A stretch of 32,000 nucleotides of DNA from Aeropyrum pernix K1 (GCF_000011125.1 NC_000854.2:1200001-1232000); one strand, 5' to 3'. Shown: positions 21,203 to 31,047, numbered from the stretch's first letter. The notes: a model not told the origin generated them from the sequence alone. Program-made: numbers and translations.

Positions 21203-21210
21203 TATAATAC
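21203..21210 (-). promoter_or_regulatory. Candidate rRNA operon TATA box
   Basis: Minus strand GTATTATAAC, giving a ~265-nt leader before 16S. Confidence 0.45.
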
Positions 21211-21288
21211 TTACGGGGGGGTCTTACTCCTGGGTTAACCGGTTCCCACATACGTTTAAACGTTAAAAACACTCGGCGGTTCTGGTGT

Positions 21289-21386
21289 GCCCGCGGCTGG
21301 AGGCTGGAGGCTCATCCCTCTAGGAGGCTCTGGAGCCGGGGTTCCACCCCGCGTCGCCCCCGCGCCGCCGCCGGGAAGCCGCGGGC
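21289..21386 (+). ncRNA. Candidate structured small RNA (orientation tentative)
   Basis: Closing helix GCCCGCGGCT (21289-21298) / AGCCGCGGGC (21377-21386), internal hairpin GGGGTTCCACCCC, TATA-like CGTTTAAACG about 30 bp upstream. Confidence 0.35.
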
Positions 21387-21722
21387 CCACTCTACAATAT
21401 ACGAGGGGAGGGGTAATTCTGTAACGCTGCAAAACCGGTTTAACCCCCACGCGGTTTTAAAGTAATGTGGGCGCCGGTGACATTGCTCGAAAGGGCGGAA
21501 GCCCTCCCGGCTGCGGGGGGCGGTGTAGAGCCCGCGCAGGGTTGAGGCGCCCCGCAAAGCGTGGGGGTGGTCTTCTCCTGCTTAAAGCCGCGTCACACTA
21601 GTGTTATCCTTTGGGTGTGATGAGGCAGGGACGTGGCGGAGCCCCTCCATGGCCAGTTGGCCTGCGGGTGGGGCTGGGATCGTAGTTGACGCGTCTGACC
21701 CTTCAGCGGTGGGTGTGGGGGG

Positions 21723-22481
21723 ATGGAGTACCAGCTCATGGTGGAGATAGTGGAGAAGTATGGTCTGCCGGGTCTTGCCATAGTATCCTTTATAAACAAC
21801 GCCATACCGGGGCTACCCCCCTTCTACTTAACTGTGATATCTGCTTACGCGGCTGTCAGCGAGAACTCGCACTGGCTTGCAACGGCCCTGTACGCCGGGC
21901 TGGGCGCTGGTATAGGCAAGGTCGCCCTCTTTGCGGCCAGCCTCTACGCATTCTCTAAGACCGGCCGCGGCCGCCGCGTCAAACAGTACTCCGCCAAGCT
22001 CATGGAGTCTAGGCGGGCTAAGGTGAGCCTCGCTATAGCCATCTTCTTCATAGCACTCCTCCCAATACCCGACGACATAATCTATATACCCCTTGCAGCC
22101 ACCTTCTACAACCTCCTGTACTTCTCTATAGCCGTCGTAACCGGGAAGCTCGTCCTAGTCACGCTGTTCTACGGCGTCGGCAGGGCGTCCAAGGGCCTCA
22201 TAAGCGCCGTGCTAGACTACCTCCTCCCGGAAGCACCAACAGCAGGGTACCCCCTAGGCGCCGTGCTAGCGCTAGTCGCAGTCAGCCTAGGCTTCAGCCT
22301 AGCTATAGCAGCGGTAGTTCTAGCGATAGACTGGACAAGCGTGTACACAGCATACATAAACCAGGGCAGCAGAGCCGCGGCCAAAACCTTCTTCAAAGAG
22401 ATGGCGCGAGTAGCGTCTAACACAAAAACAGCGGTGAGAGACGCGGTGAGGACGGGAAGATCGCTAATCTCGAAAGCCTAG
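21723..22481 (+). CDS. VTT/DedA-like (SNARE-associated) membrane protein
   Basis: 252 aa multi-TM; re-entrant-like AIPGLPPFYLTVISAYAA and LPIPDDIIYIPLAA segments. Confidence 0.65.
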   Translation: MEYQLMVEIVEKYGLPGLAIVSFINNAIPGLPPFYLTVISAYAAVSENSHWLATALYAGLGAGIGKVALFAASLYAFSKTGRGRRVKQYSAKLMESRRAKVSLAIAIFFIALLPIPDDIIYIPLAATFYNLLYFSIAVVTGKLVLVTLFYGVGRASKGLISAVLDYLLPEAPTAGYPLGAVLALVAVSLGFSLAIAAVVLAIDWTSVYTAYINQGSRAAAKTFFKEMARVASNTKTAVRDAVRTGRSLISKA

Positions 22482-22654
22482 AGACGCCCCACAGCGACCC
22501 CTAATTTAAACATCAGATTACAACCGGCTCGACACCCCCCATGATGCACGCCAGTCCTGAAAAATTTCTAGCATAGCTGTGTGGAAGAAGCATTCACCTC
22601 GTAGGGGTATTCTAAAGCCCCCGCGTGGCTGGCGGAAGACTGGGTCAAGATCTT

Positions 22655-22836
22655 AAAACCCGCCTCTATGGAGATTATCGTAGAAAAGACTCGGGATGGA
22701 GAGTGGCGGTAGGAAGGTCACGCAGATAACCCTGCCAACGGCTAAACCATTGGTAGGGGGCTGTGAAGAGGATAGCGGACCCCGACGGGGGCTCTAACCC
22801 CCCCAGAATGGGGAGGGATCAACCACCGGAGCCCCC
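22655..22836 (+). ncRNA. Candidate structured RNA in a convergent intergenic region (strand uncertain)
   Basis: CCCTGCCAA/TTGGTAGGG hairpin (22730-22738/22750-22758), CCCCGACGGGG hairpin, CCCCAGAATGGGG hairpin and GGGGGCT (22756-22762 or 22787-22793) / AGCCCCC (22830-22836). Confidence 0.3.
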
Positions 22837-24056
22837 TATCTGAGGAGTATTATCCTTTCGCTCGAGAACTCCCGTGCGGCCGCTGCTATGAAGAGGGCTG
22901 TGAAGCCGGTTAACACGGCCATGTGGATTGTCGTGGCTGCGAGGTCGCCTACAGAGGCTTTTATGACGGCAAGGCTTGCGTGGGTAAAGGGTATTGCCTG
23001 AAGCAGTATTGAGAGCCAGGCTGGAAGGCGCGAATAGTCGACTACTAGGGCTGAAAAATATATGGCCAGGGCTACCATTAGCACAATAAACGAGCCGCTC
23101 TGCGCCGACCTTATGGTCTCGCTCCTGGCGCTTATGAAGGCCGTGATACCCGCCGTCAGTATGACTAGGAGGGCTGAGGAGGCAGCCCATGATGCCACAA
23201 GAAGAGGGCTCAGAAGCAGGCTGAAGCCCGAGAGGGTGAAGAAAGCGACTAGCGCCAGGCTGTCGGCCGCAGCCGCCGCCAGGCCAAGAGCGGCGGCTGC
23301 GGCGACCTTGCCCACAAGTATCTCAAGCCTCGAAGCACCAGTCAGCAGCAGCTTCTCCAGAGTCCTCCTCTCCCTCTCCCCGACTATAGAGTCGGAGACG
23401 AAGACTATGGCGGGGTTAACCACGAAGAAGAGGCTGAAGGCCACAACCCTAGCGCTCATAGCAACCGCCTCCCCCCGGGCGCCCGCGGCGCCTCCCCCAA
23501 ACCCTATGTACTCCCTCTCAACCTCCAGCGGGTCCAGGAGCCTCTCCACATCAACCTCTACACCAGCAGCCTCTGCAAGCCTGGAAACCCTACTCTCCAC
23601 AACCGCCTCCTCGAACAGGGAAGCATAGCCCTCTACAAGAGATGCCACCTGGCCTGCAAGGGGGCTGCCCGGGGTAACTACCAGCCTTATAGACACCCTC
23701 CCATCGAGGTCCTCGAGCCCCCTGGAGAAGCCTTCCGGGATCACAACTGCTATAGAACCAAAGGGAGTGTCAAAGCCCTCCACACCACTCAGAATCTCCA
23801 CATTAACAGCCACGCCCGGCAAACCACTCTCCAGATACTCCGCCAGCCCCTCCGCGAAGAGGCTAGAGATCTCAGAGCCGTCCTCGTCTACAATGTAGAC
23901 GTCCATAGACTGGGCCGAATAGAGGCCCCCCGAGAAGATTGCGAGCCCCGGGAGGGCCACCAGGGGGAGGACCACCACGTACGCCAGGGTCTTGTAGTCC
24001 CTGGATAGGTCTAGCAGCTCCTTCCAGAGTATAGCCTTGACAGCCCAGAGCCTCAA
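22836..24056 (-). CDS. ABC transporter permease (NatB/ABC-2 family)
   Basis: 406 aa; N-terminal TM, large extracellular domain, C-terminal TM bundle, motif FVSDSIVGERERRTLEKLLLTGASRLEILVGK; overlaps the ATPase gene by 4 bp. Confidence 0.85.
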   Translation of the reverse strand: MRLWAVKAILWKELLDLSRDYKTLAYVVVLPLVALPGLAIFSGGLYSAQSMDVYIVDEDGSEISSLFAEGLAEYLESGLPGVAVNVEILSGVEGFDTPFGSIAVVIPEGFSRGLEDLDGRVSIRLVVTPGSPLAGQVASLVEGYASLFEEAVVESRVSRLAEAAGVEVDVERLLDPLEVEREYIGFGGGAAGARGEAVAMSARVVAFSLFFVVNPAIVFVSDSIVGERERRTLEKLLLTGASRLEILVGKVAAAAALGLAAAAADSLALVAFFTLSGFSLLLSPLLVASWAASSALLVILTAGITAFISARSETIRSAQSGSFIVLMVALAIYFSALVVDYSRLPAWLSILLQAIPFTHASLAVIKASVGDLAATTIHMAVLTGFTALFIAAAAREFSSERIILLR

Positions 24057-24883
24057 CAGCCGCCCCCCGTCACTATGTTAACGAAAGCGTCCTCCAACGT
24101 TTCACCACAATACTCTTCCACAAGCCTGTATGGAGGGCCGCTGGCGACGGTTGAGCCGCCGTGGATTATAGTCACCCTATCCGCAATCTCCTCGGCCAGC
24201 GCCAGGTCGTGGGTGGTGACAAGTATGGCCCTGCCCTCTCGCGAGAGGCCCCTCAGAATCTTCTTTATCCTGTTAGACGCTATCGGATCCACGCCCGAGG
24301 TGGGCTCGTCCAGCACAACAAGCCTGGGCTTTGACATGAGTGTTATGCCGAGCAGTAGCCTCCGCTTCATACCCTTACTATACCCCCCGGCCCGCCTAGC
24401 CAGGTCCTCTCGCGAGAGGCCGCTGTAAAACACCGCGTTCTCCACAAGCTCCTCCACATCACGCCAGCCCGAGTAGAGCCTCGCGTAGAAGAGTATGTTC
24501 TCCATGCCAGTCAGCCTCTCATAAACCGAAGCGTCCTCCGGCAGATAGCCCACCTCACCCTTTACACGCTCAAACCCCCCGCCCCAAGGGTCAACACCCA
24601 GCACCCTCGCCTCACCGGAGTCACGGGATAGAAGGCCCACCAGCACCCTCAGGCTCGTCGTCTTCCCAGCGCCGTTAAGGCCCGCGAGAACATGGATCTC
24701 GCCAAATTTTACGGAAAGCGAAACGCCCCTGAGAACAGGCCTCCCCTTAACACTCTTAGCAACACCGCAGAGGCAGGCAGCATAGCCGCCCTCTAGACAG
24801 GCGCAACTATTCTTGTCCACCGGAACCCTATCCCCCCAGGAAGCCCTGGATACGCTATTATACTCGAAAACCCATAATAACAC
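24053..24883 (-). CDS. ABC transporter ATP-binding protein (NatA-like); true start probably downstream of 24883
   Basis: Walker A GLNGAGKTTS, signature YSKGMKRR, Walker B LVVLDEPTSGVDP; homology seems to begin at LCGVAKSVKGRPVLRGVSL. Confidence 0.92.
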   Translation of the reverse strand: MLLWVFEYNSVSRASWGDRVPVDKNSCACLEGGYAACLCGVAKSVKGRPVLRGVSLSVKFGEIHVLAGLNGAGKTTSLRVLVGLLSRDSGEARVLGVDPWGGGFERVKGEVGYLPEDASVYERLTGMENILFYARLYSGWRDVEELVENAVFYSGLSREDLARRAGGYSKGMKRRLLLGITLMSKPRLVVLDEPTSGVDPIASNRIKKILRGLSREGRAILVTTHDLALAEEIADRVTIIHGGSTVASGPPYRLVEEYCGETLEDAFVNIVTGGGC

Positions 24884-25562
24884 AACAGGCCAGCCCCCGG
24901 CTTCGGCGAGGTGCCCCTACACCTTGGAGAGCCTCAGAGGCTTCTTGGAGCGGTACGGCGAGAAGGGTTACATCGTGCTAAAGGCTATTCTAGAGGAGTC
25001 GCAATCACCGGGTAGGGGGCCGAAGCCGGGGGACTTCAGCTTCCGGGGCCTCAGGGCGAGAATCGCCAGCTACGGCCTCGAGTACAACCCCAGCCTCCTG
25101 CTGGCAAGGCTCGAGAGGGAGTATGGCGTAATAGAAACCAGCTTCAGGTCCTCAAACCAGCACTGGTGGAGGATAAGGGATAGGAGGAGTGTGGAGAAGG
25201 CGGTAAGGGAGTATGAGGGTGCCGAGGAGGAGCCCCTAGACCCCAGGGTGAGAGTCCTTAGGATCCAGTTCTGGAGTCTCGAGCCCGAGAGGCTGCTTAA
25301 GAGGCTGAGGAGGCTCTCCAGCCTGAGGAGCCAGACGCCGAGGGACAGGCGGGCCATTAGGGAGATAGCGTTCGAAATACTACCCCTGCTGGCAAGGTTC
25401 CTCGAGGAGGCCTATAACTATGAGGAGCAGCTTGAGAGGGAGATAATGCTGGCCGAGGAGATACTGTCCGAGGCAGAGAAGGCCCTAGCATCCCCTTCCC
25501 AACCCAAGGCCAGGCTACTGGGTGAGGACGCCAGAATCGGCGGCGCTAGAGAGCCTGTCTAG
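24813..25562 (+). CDS. Conserved-looking protein of unknown function, charged/helical; start uncertain
   Basis: 249-aa ORF with TTG start, overlaps the divergent ATPase start by 71 bp; likely begins further downstream. Confidence 0.5.
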   Translation: MSTGTLSPQEALDTLLYSKTHNNTTGQPPASARCPYTLESLRGFLERYGEKGYIVLKAILEESQSPGRGPKPGDFSFRGLRARIASYGLEYNPSLLLARLEREYGVIETSFRSSNQHWWRIRDRRSVEKAVREYEGAEEEPLDPRVRVLRIQFWSLEPERLLKRLRRLSSLRSQTPRDRRAIREIAFEILPLLARFLEEAYNYEEQLEREIMLAEEILSEAEKALASPSQPKARLLGEDARIGGAREPV

Positions 25563-26303
25563 TATCGCCTTGAAAGCCCTCGAGAGCGTCTCCCTATTGC
25601 TATACCCTGCCACAATACTCCTAAGCTCCTCCTCGCTAGCCCCCGAAAGCTCGTCCACAAACCTGGTAATATTCCTAGTAGCCCTGACAGCCTCATCCAC
25701 TATCGTCACGCTAGCCTTCTGCGCCGTCCGGCTGAACGGGTTTAGATCTATAGCGGCAACCCTCTTCCCCCACTTAACCAGGGCCTCGGTCCTATCGCCA
25801 TCCTCTATAGCCAGCAGGACGAAGTCCGCAGAAGCTATACCCTCCACACACACTATGCCGCGAGGACTCTCCAAGCCGGGCACCCTCGTTTTCTCGCAGT
25901 CGGGAGGCAGAAGGCCCTTAACGCCGGCGGAAGCGAGGACCTCGTGAATCCTCCTAACCCTCTCCTCAGTCCTGTAGAATATGTTAACCTCGACCACCGC
26001 CCTACCCCCTAGGGCTTCGGACAGCCTCGCTATCTCCCCCGCCGCGAGGGCGGCATAGTTCCCGTTTACAGAGATAACCGGCCTCTTCGACAGGAGGAGG
26101 TATGCTGCAGCAACCCTCTCAGCCTCCAGGGCGAAGTCATGGCTCTTCTCTCCCAACAGATAGTCGAAACACTCCCCCCTCCCGTGGGCTATAAGCCCCT
26201 GAGGCACAACCACACCCTTCTCAAACATCTCAACAAGCTTCTCCCTAGCGACGAGAGACTCGTACCGTGGGTGGCTCCTGGGTATGTCGAAGCCACCGTG
26301 CAA
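25515..26303 (-). CDS. 4-phosphopantoate--beta-alanine ligase (archaeal phosphopantothenate synthetase)
   Basis: IPRSHPRYESL, GLIAHGRGECFDYLLGE, PVISVNGNYAAL, VNIFYRTEERVRRI, IEDGDRTEALVKWGK, DLNPFSRTA match the PPS (DUF137) family. Confidence 0.93.
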   Translation of the reverse strand: MHGGFDIPRSHPRYESLVAREKLVEMFEKGVVVPQGLIAHGRGECFDYLLGEKSHDFALEAERVAAAYLLLSKRPVISVNGNYAALAAGEIARLSEALGGRAVVEVNIFYRTEERVRRIHEVLASAGVKGLLPPDCEKTRVPGLESPRGIVCVEGIASADFVLLAIEDGDRTEALVKWGKRVAAIDLNPFSRTAQKASVTIVDEAVRATRNITRFVDELSGASEEELRSIVAGYSNRETLSRAFKAILDRLSSAADSGVLTQ

Positions 26304-26373
26304 GACGCTTACACCCTCGATACTACGTTACCCGGCAGGGGGGATATCCTAGGCTATATGGCGTGGGTGAAGC

Positions 26374-27270
26374 CTACTCCAGCCTGGGGGGGCCTGTGGA
26401 GGGCTTGAGAAGCCTCACATCCAGGCCCGCACCAGCCATCCTCCCTACAATCTCACCGACAGACCCCTCGCCCGCGGCCACCACCAGAACCCTCTTCTTA
26501 ACGTAGTAACCGTACACGTCGCCAACCCCAGACAATATTCTGTGGGCCTCGACGCCTACGAGCCTCGAGTCAAGGCTCAACAGCCTCGTCACCCTCTCTG
26601 CCTCCTCGAAGAACCTGTCCAAGCTAGGCTCCCTGAATATCCTGGAAAGACTCCTGGAAACCTCATCCACGAACCTCTGGCTGGAATACATTTCTATAAG
26701 CCTACTGGTATCCATAGAGCCGGCCTCACCCGCTATTATATATAGGCCGGGGGGTGTCGGTATGCAGTCTACCAACGCCTCACCCGGAGGTCCCGGAGAG
26801 TATCGGAGCACAAGGCCCACGCCGCAAGCTATAGAAGCAACGTCACCCAAGCCCGTAGACCTTCTAACCTCAACCTCGTGTGCAGCCCTGTAGGCCCTAA
26901 ACACGCCCGCGCCCCTCTCCATGGCCGCGGCGAGAGCCCCCAGTATCGCTGAGGCGGCGCTGACTGCATACCCCCGCCCAGGCGGCAGGGGGTAGACCAA
27001 CCGACCGCCGGGCCTAGAGCCTAAGAGCTCCGCCGCCTCGTTAAACTGGGGGAGATCATAGCCGGGCTCCCACCCGTCCAGGCCAGGGCAGAACCTTGCC
27101 CTAGGCTCTACCGCTAGGCCAACGCCAATACTACCGCTGTACCCCGGGCCAGGCCCGGGAACCGGCCTAAACAGGGCCGTTATATGGTGTGGAGTTGATA
27201 GACATCGCGCCACCCTTAACCCCCGCGCAGACGGCTGTATGCTCCCGGTAAGCTCTAACCTTAACCCCAT
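26374..27270 (-). CDS. Pantoate kinase (GHMP kinase family)
   Basis: [11 protein letters not shown] near the N-terminus, GHMP-like [18 protein letters not shown]; adjacent to its pathway partner. Confidence 0.85.
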   Translation of the reverse strand: MGLRLELTGSIQPSARGLRVARCLSTPHHITALFRPVPGPGPGYSGSIGVGLAVEPRARFCPGLDGWEPGYDLPQFNEAAELLGSRPGGRLVYPLPPGRGYAVSAASAILGALAAAMERGAGVFRAYRAAHEVEVRRSTGLGDVASIACGVGLVLRYSPGPPGEALVDCIPTPPGLYIIAGEAGSMDTSRLIEMYSSQRFVDEVSRSLSRIFREPSLDRFFEEAERVTRLLSLDSRLVGVEAHRILSGVGDVYGYYVKKRVLVVAAGEGSVGEIVGRMAGAGLDVRLLKPSTGPPRLE

Positions 27271-27300
27271 ATTAAAGGTTTCCCCTGGAATCGCTCAATT

Positions 27301-27969
27301 ATGGAGGGGCCTCACTCGGGGGGTAACCCTGTGCAGCTGAACATCTACCTTAGAGACTCCAAGCTCTCCCACCCCGTGTTCAAGACTATGTCGGAGATAG
27401 CCCTCTTCATAATAAACTCTATAAATGAGATAGACGTGGGCCAGGTAGACCGTTTTGTAGGCGAGCTAGAGAGGGTCTACAGGGAGAAGCGTAAAGTCCT
27501 CGTTATGGGCGCCGGCAGAAGCGGCCTTGTAGGCAAGGCTTTCGCAATGCGCCTTCTCCACCTAGGCTTCAACTCCTACGTCCTCGGGGAAACCATAGTC
27601 CCCAGCGTCAGGGAGGGAGACCTGGTTGTGGCTATATCGGGCTCAGGGAGGACTAAGGTGATAGTTACTGCGGCCGAGACGGCTAAGCAGGTCGGAGCTA
27701 CCGTGGCGGCCATAACCACATACCCCGACAGCCCCTTAGGGAGGCTTTCAGACATAGTAGTCAGGGTCCCGGGCCGGACTAAATCCAGCAAGATGGACGA
27801 CTACTTCGCCCGCCAGATACTGGGTATCCATGAGCCCCTAGCACCTCTTGGAACCCTGTTCGAGGACACCACAATGGTCTTCCTCGACGGAGTAATATAC
27901 TCCCTTATGACCAGGCTGGGAATCGACGAAGAGTATATGAGGAATATGCACGCCAACGTAGAGCTATGA
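27301..27969 (+). CDS. hxlB: 6-phospho-3-hexuloisomerase (SIS domain)
   Basis: [63 protein letters not shown]; conserved part starts at an internal ATG, 27388. Confidence 0.9.
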   Translation: MEGPHSGGNPVQLNIYLRDSKLSHPVFKTMSEIALFIINSINEIDVGQVDRFVGELERVYREKRKVLVMGAGRSGLVGKAFAMRLLHLGFNSYVLGETIVPSVREGDLVVAISGSGRTKVIVTAAETAKQVGATVAAITTYPDSPLGRLSDIVVRVPGRTKSSKMDDYFARQILGIHEPLAPLGTLFEDTTMVFLDGVIYSLMTRLGIDEEYMRNMHANVEL

Positions 27970-28826
27970 CCAGAACCTACAGCCTAGTCGAAGGCTGGAT
28001 AGTAGAAGTCCCAGGCAGCCCGGCTGAATACTGGGTTGTCAAGGGGTACGAACACCCGCCCGGTAAGGTGGTTGCGACTCCCTATAGAAGGGGCTCGAGG
28101 AGGCTCGACCCACGCAGCATAAAGCAGGCACCCATCTGGACTCTAGGATACTTCCCATGCAGGGGCGGCTCAGCCCCCATGCTCAGCCTGGAGGCGGCCA
28201 CAGCGAAGCCTGTAAACCCGTGGAGCACGCTGGAGATCAGGTATAGAGACCTACCGCACCCTATAAGGGTTCTGCTGGAGGAGGTTAACCCCGAGCTGGC
28301 AGGGCTAACAGGCTCCTGGGCAGTCTTCGCCGAAGATGGGGGTAGCGACGTAGACCTCCTCATATATGGAGATCCCAGCGAGATATACACGGCGTTGGAG
28401 TCGCTTGCCTCCAGAGGTGTCATAAAGCCTCACAGGCACGAGCGCAGCCACTACCCACTGCACAGCGCCAGACTTCTGGACTCCTGCATAAAGTATGGAG
28501 GCGTTACGTCATGCTACACCCTCAGGATACTCAGGCACACTAGCCCGCGCGAGTGCTCGAGGAGGCTAACAGCGATAGGACGCTACACAGGCCCCATAGA
28601 AATCATTGGCGAGCAAGAGCCGCTAGACAGCATACTAGTCCCGGCGAGATATAGGTCAGTGCTGCTGAGGCTGGGAGTGGAAGCCGTGGTGGAGACATGG
28701 AGGACAAGCTATCAGGAGCTAAAGCCGGGAGTCTACGAAGGAGACCTCGAATTATTCGTAGACCAACATGGCGGCATAACTGCCTCTCCCGATCTAGATG
28801 GGAAACTCAAATACGTTAGGGCCTAG
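27966..28826 (+). CDS. Predicted nucleotidyltransferase-fold protein
   Basis: [25 protein letters not shown] matches the Pol-beta/MNT GS-(x)n-DxD motif; 4-bp overlap with hxlB. Confidence 0.7.
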   Translation: MTRTYSLVEGWIVEVPGSPAEYWVVKGYEHPPGKVVATPYRRGSRRLDPRSIKQAPIWTLGYFPCRGGSAPMLSLEAATAKPVNPWSTLEIRYRDLPHPIRVLLEEVNPELAGLTGSWAVFAEDGGSDVDLLIYGDPSEIYTALESLASRGVIKPHRHERSHYPLHSARLLDSCIKYGGVTSCYTLRILRHTSPRECSRRLTAIGRYTGPIEIIGEQEPLDSILVPARYRSVLLRLGVEAVVETWRTSYQELKPGVYEGDLELFVDQHGGITASPDLDGKLKYVRA

Positions 28827-28844
28827 ATACGGGGGGCTGCAGCA

Positions 28845-29777
28845 TTGTATGCTAGTGGCGACATAAAGCATGTGCATGGAGCCGTGGTCTTTGACAGATA
28901 CTCTAGGATACATCAAGTAATAGGCATCCCAGCCCCGCCCGACTTCATACCTGCTATACCAAAGTACGAGCCGTGCAAGAGACTCACCCCTTGGAGCAGA
29001 GCTGGTATAGGCTTCTGCAGGATACTCGTGGAGTACACTCCAGCTGGCGTCGAAGATTCGGCCAGAAGGCTTGGCATGGAGATGCGTTTCGACGGCCTCT
29101 ACAACGCCCGCATGCCATACTTACGGCTTGAAGATGTTACGCTCTACACACACCCCCAGCATGCTCTCGAGCAAGTTTACAGGCAAGGCCATCCACAGGT
29201 GCTTAAAACTCTATATAAAATCGCTCGCTCGCTCGAGAAGCTGCCCATAAGAGGGCTGGGGCTGACAGGCTCCCTCGCCACGCTCACATACAACCCCCTA
29301 TACTCCGACATAGATGTTGTCGTGTTTGAAGCCCTAGATCCGGCTGGTTTGGTTGAAACCCTCGGGACGCTGGGGCGCCCTGAGCTAGATACTATAGAGT
29401 ATGTAGGGCCGCTCCGCGGATCATACCGCGTCGGCTGGAGGAGGCGGCTGGTAGATGGAAAGAGGGTAACCTTCGTAGCAGCACCACGAGAGCCCGGTTC
29501 GATGTGCAAGCCGCTGAGCACATACTGGGCAATAGACCCTCCCGCCGCCAAAGCCGTCGAGACCAAGCTATACATACCTCCCGGCCAGCCATCGGCTCTC
29601 CACTATCCACCATGCGCTCACTCCGAGGAAGGCGTTTGGATAGTATCCTTCGAATACAACGTAGCCCTAGAACTCTTCGAGGGAGGCGAGTTCAGAGTAA
29701 CAGCAGAGGCCGGATCAAAAGGCCACGCCCTCTATGTCGGCGTAAGGGGGCTAGAAACAGGCATCCAACGCGTCTAG
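28845..29777 (+). CDS. Predicted nucleotidyltransferase-fold protein, second in tandem
   Basis: LGLTGSLATLTYNPLYSDIDVVVF motif; same overall layout as the preceding gene. Confidence 0.7.
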   Translation: MYASGDIKHVHGAVVFDRYSRIHQVIGIPAPPDFIPAIPKYEPCKRLTPWSRAGIGFCRILVEYTPAGVEDSARRLGMEMRFDGLYNARMPYLRLEDVTLYTHPQHALEQVYRQGHPQVLKTLYKIARSLEKLPIRGLGLTGSLATLTYNPLYSDIDVVVFEALDPAGLVETLGTLGRPELDTIEYVGPLRGSYRVGWRRRLVDGKRVTFVAAPREPGSMCKPLSTYWAIDPPAAKAVETKLYIPPGQPSALHYPPCAHSEEGVWIVSFEYNVALELFEGGEFRVTAEAGSKGHALYVGVRGLETGIQRV

Positions 29778-29857
29778 AGGAGAAGGGATCTGCCGACACC
29801 CTCCAGGCGTGTCATAGCGGGTCGAACTCCTAAATTCCCCCAGGCCACAACGCTAGA

Positions 29858-30226
29858 GTGACACGGGGCAGGATAGTCTTGAAAGACAGAAGCAAGTCTG
29901 AGCTGGCCGCGACAATAGCTCGCGGGCTTCTAAGCCCCGCCCACGCCTCCATAATAGACGTCGAGAGGGCTAGAGAGGAGGATGTCGAGGAGATAATTCT
30001 GGAGGCTGGCGTGAAGGGTATAGTTAGAAAAATCAGGGTAGATAACTTGATCATAGTAACTATAAACACAGAATTCCTCGAGAGAGCATGCTTCTACGAG
30101 AAGTGCAGCAGACTAAGGGACAAGCCCGAGGCGCTTAGAGAGTGCATGGCCAAGTGTATACTGAGCACTGCCAGAGAAGTCGCGTATAAGGCTGCCAGAA
30201 GCATAGCAGAGCTGGCGAAGACGTAG
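29858..30226 (+). CDS. Small protein of unknown function with paired cysteines
   Basis: 122 aa; CFYEKC and CMAKC. Confidence 0.6.
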   Translation: MTRGRIVLKDRSKSELAATIARGLLSPAHASIIDVERAREEDVEEIILEAGVKGIVRKIRVDNLIIVTINTEFLERACFYEKCSRLRDKPEALRECMAKCILSTAREVAYKAARSIAELAKT

Positions 30227-30338
30227 ACAGCCTTAAAACCAACATAATATGGGCGCGGCGGCCTGAAACAAGAAGCCTTGAGTCGTTACAGCCCCCTAAA
30301 CAATCCGGAGATAACGCCCACTCACCCACATCCTATTA

Positions 30339-30350
30339 CCCTTATATAGA
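30339..30350 (+). promoter_or_regulatory. Archaeal TATA-box promoter
   Basis: CCCTTATATAG about 35-40 bp upstream of the ATG at 30384. Confidence 0.5.
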
Positions 30351-30383
30351 TTTCAGCCTAGGATGTGAGTATGGGTGTAGTTT

Positions 30384-30845
30384 ATGTCTGAGCAGGAATA
30401 CCCCTCTAGTGTGGACGTGTACGAATTCAACAACGTGAACCAGCTATTCGACTTCCTCGATAATGAGATTAAGAGGAGGAAGGCCGTGCTCGGCGACATA
30501 ATACGGGATATAGAGAAGCTCAAGACGCTCAGCGAGGCCGCGGTGAAGCTGGAGCAGATATTTGCTGAGATCGCGGGAGGCCAGAGGACAGCTACAAGGC
30601 AAACTACATCAGCGGCAAAGCTGAACGGCGTTGAAGTCTATATAAACCCTGAACCCCTCTCCGAGACCAGCCTACTCACCAGTATAGCCAGAGGGCTACA
30701 GACCAGCATAGCTAGCTTGGAGAAGGTTAGGAAAGCACTATCACCCCTCTCCAAACTCGGCGACATAGACTTGAACATAAGGCTGATAATCGAGAATGGG
30801 ACGGTAAAAGCTGTAGTAATAAAGGTGCCTTCCCCCCCAATATAG
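30384..30845 (+). CDS. Protein of unknown function, helical N-terminus
   Basis: 153-aa ORF, ATG start, promoter-like element upstream. Confidence 0.65.
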   Translation: MSEQEYPSSVDVYEFNNVNQLFDFLDNEIKRRKAVLGDIIRDIEKLKTLSEAAVKLEQIFAEIAGGQRTATRQTTSAAKLNGVEVYINPEPLSETSLLTSIARGLQTSIASLEKVRKALSPLSKLGDIDLNIRLIIENGTVKAVVIKVPSPPI

Positions 30846-31047
30846 AGGACGGAAGGCTTAGTAGCACAGGGAAACTAATACTAAACCCAGCTTCAGACCT
30901 CCCCTGGGCCTCAGCACTGGGGCCTCGTCATCGCTATCGCCGCTACTAGGCGGTAATACCACTCTTCATCGGCCACATTTATATTGTTCACCCTCTGGTA
31001 GCGATATTAATACCTGCCATACCCGATAAGAGCTTGGTGGCCCCAGG

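Noticed and set aside
22756-22836. tRNA-sized segment closed by GGGGGCT/AGCCCCC
   Set aside because: No TTCRA T-loop and no valid D or anticodon arm on either strand; kept only as part of an unspecified RNA candidate.
29504-29833. Plus-strand ORF overlapping the second nucleotidyltransferase gene
   Set aside because: Out-of-frame overlap with a better supported gene, Arg/Ser-rich, no domain.
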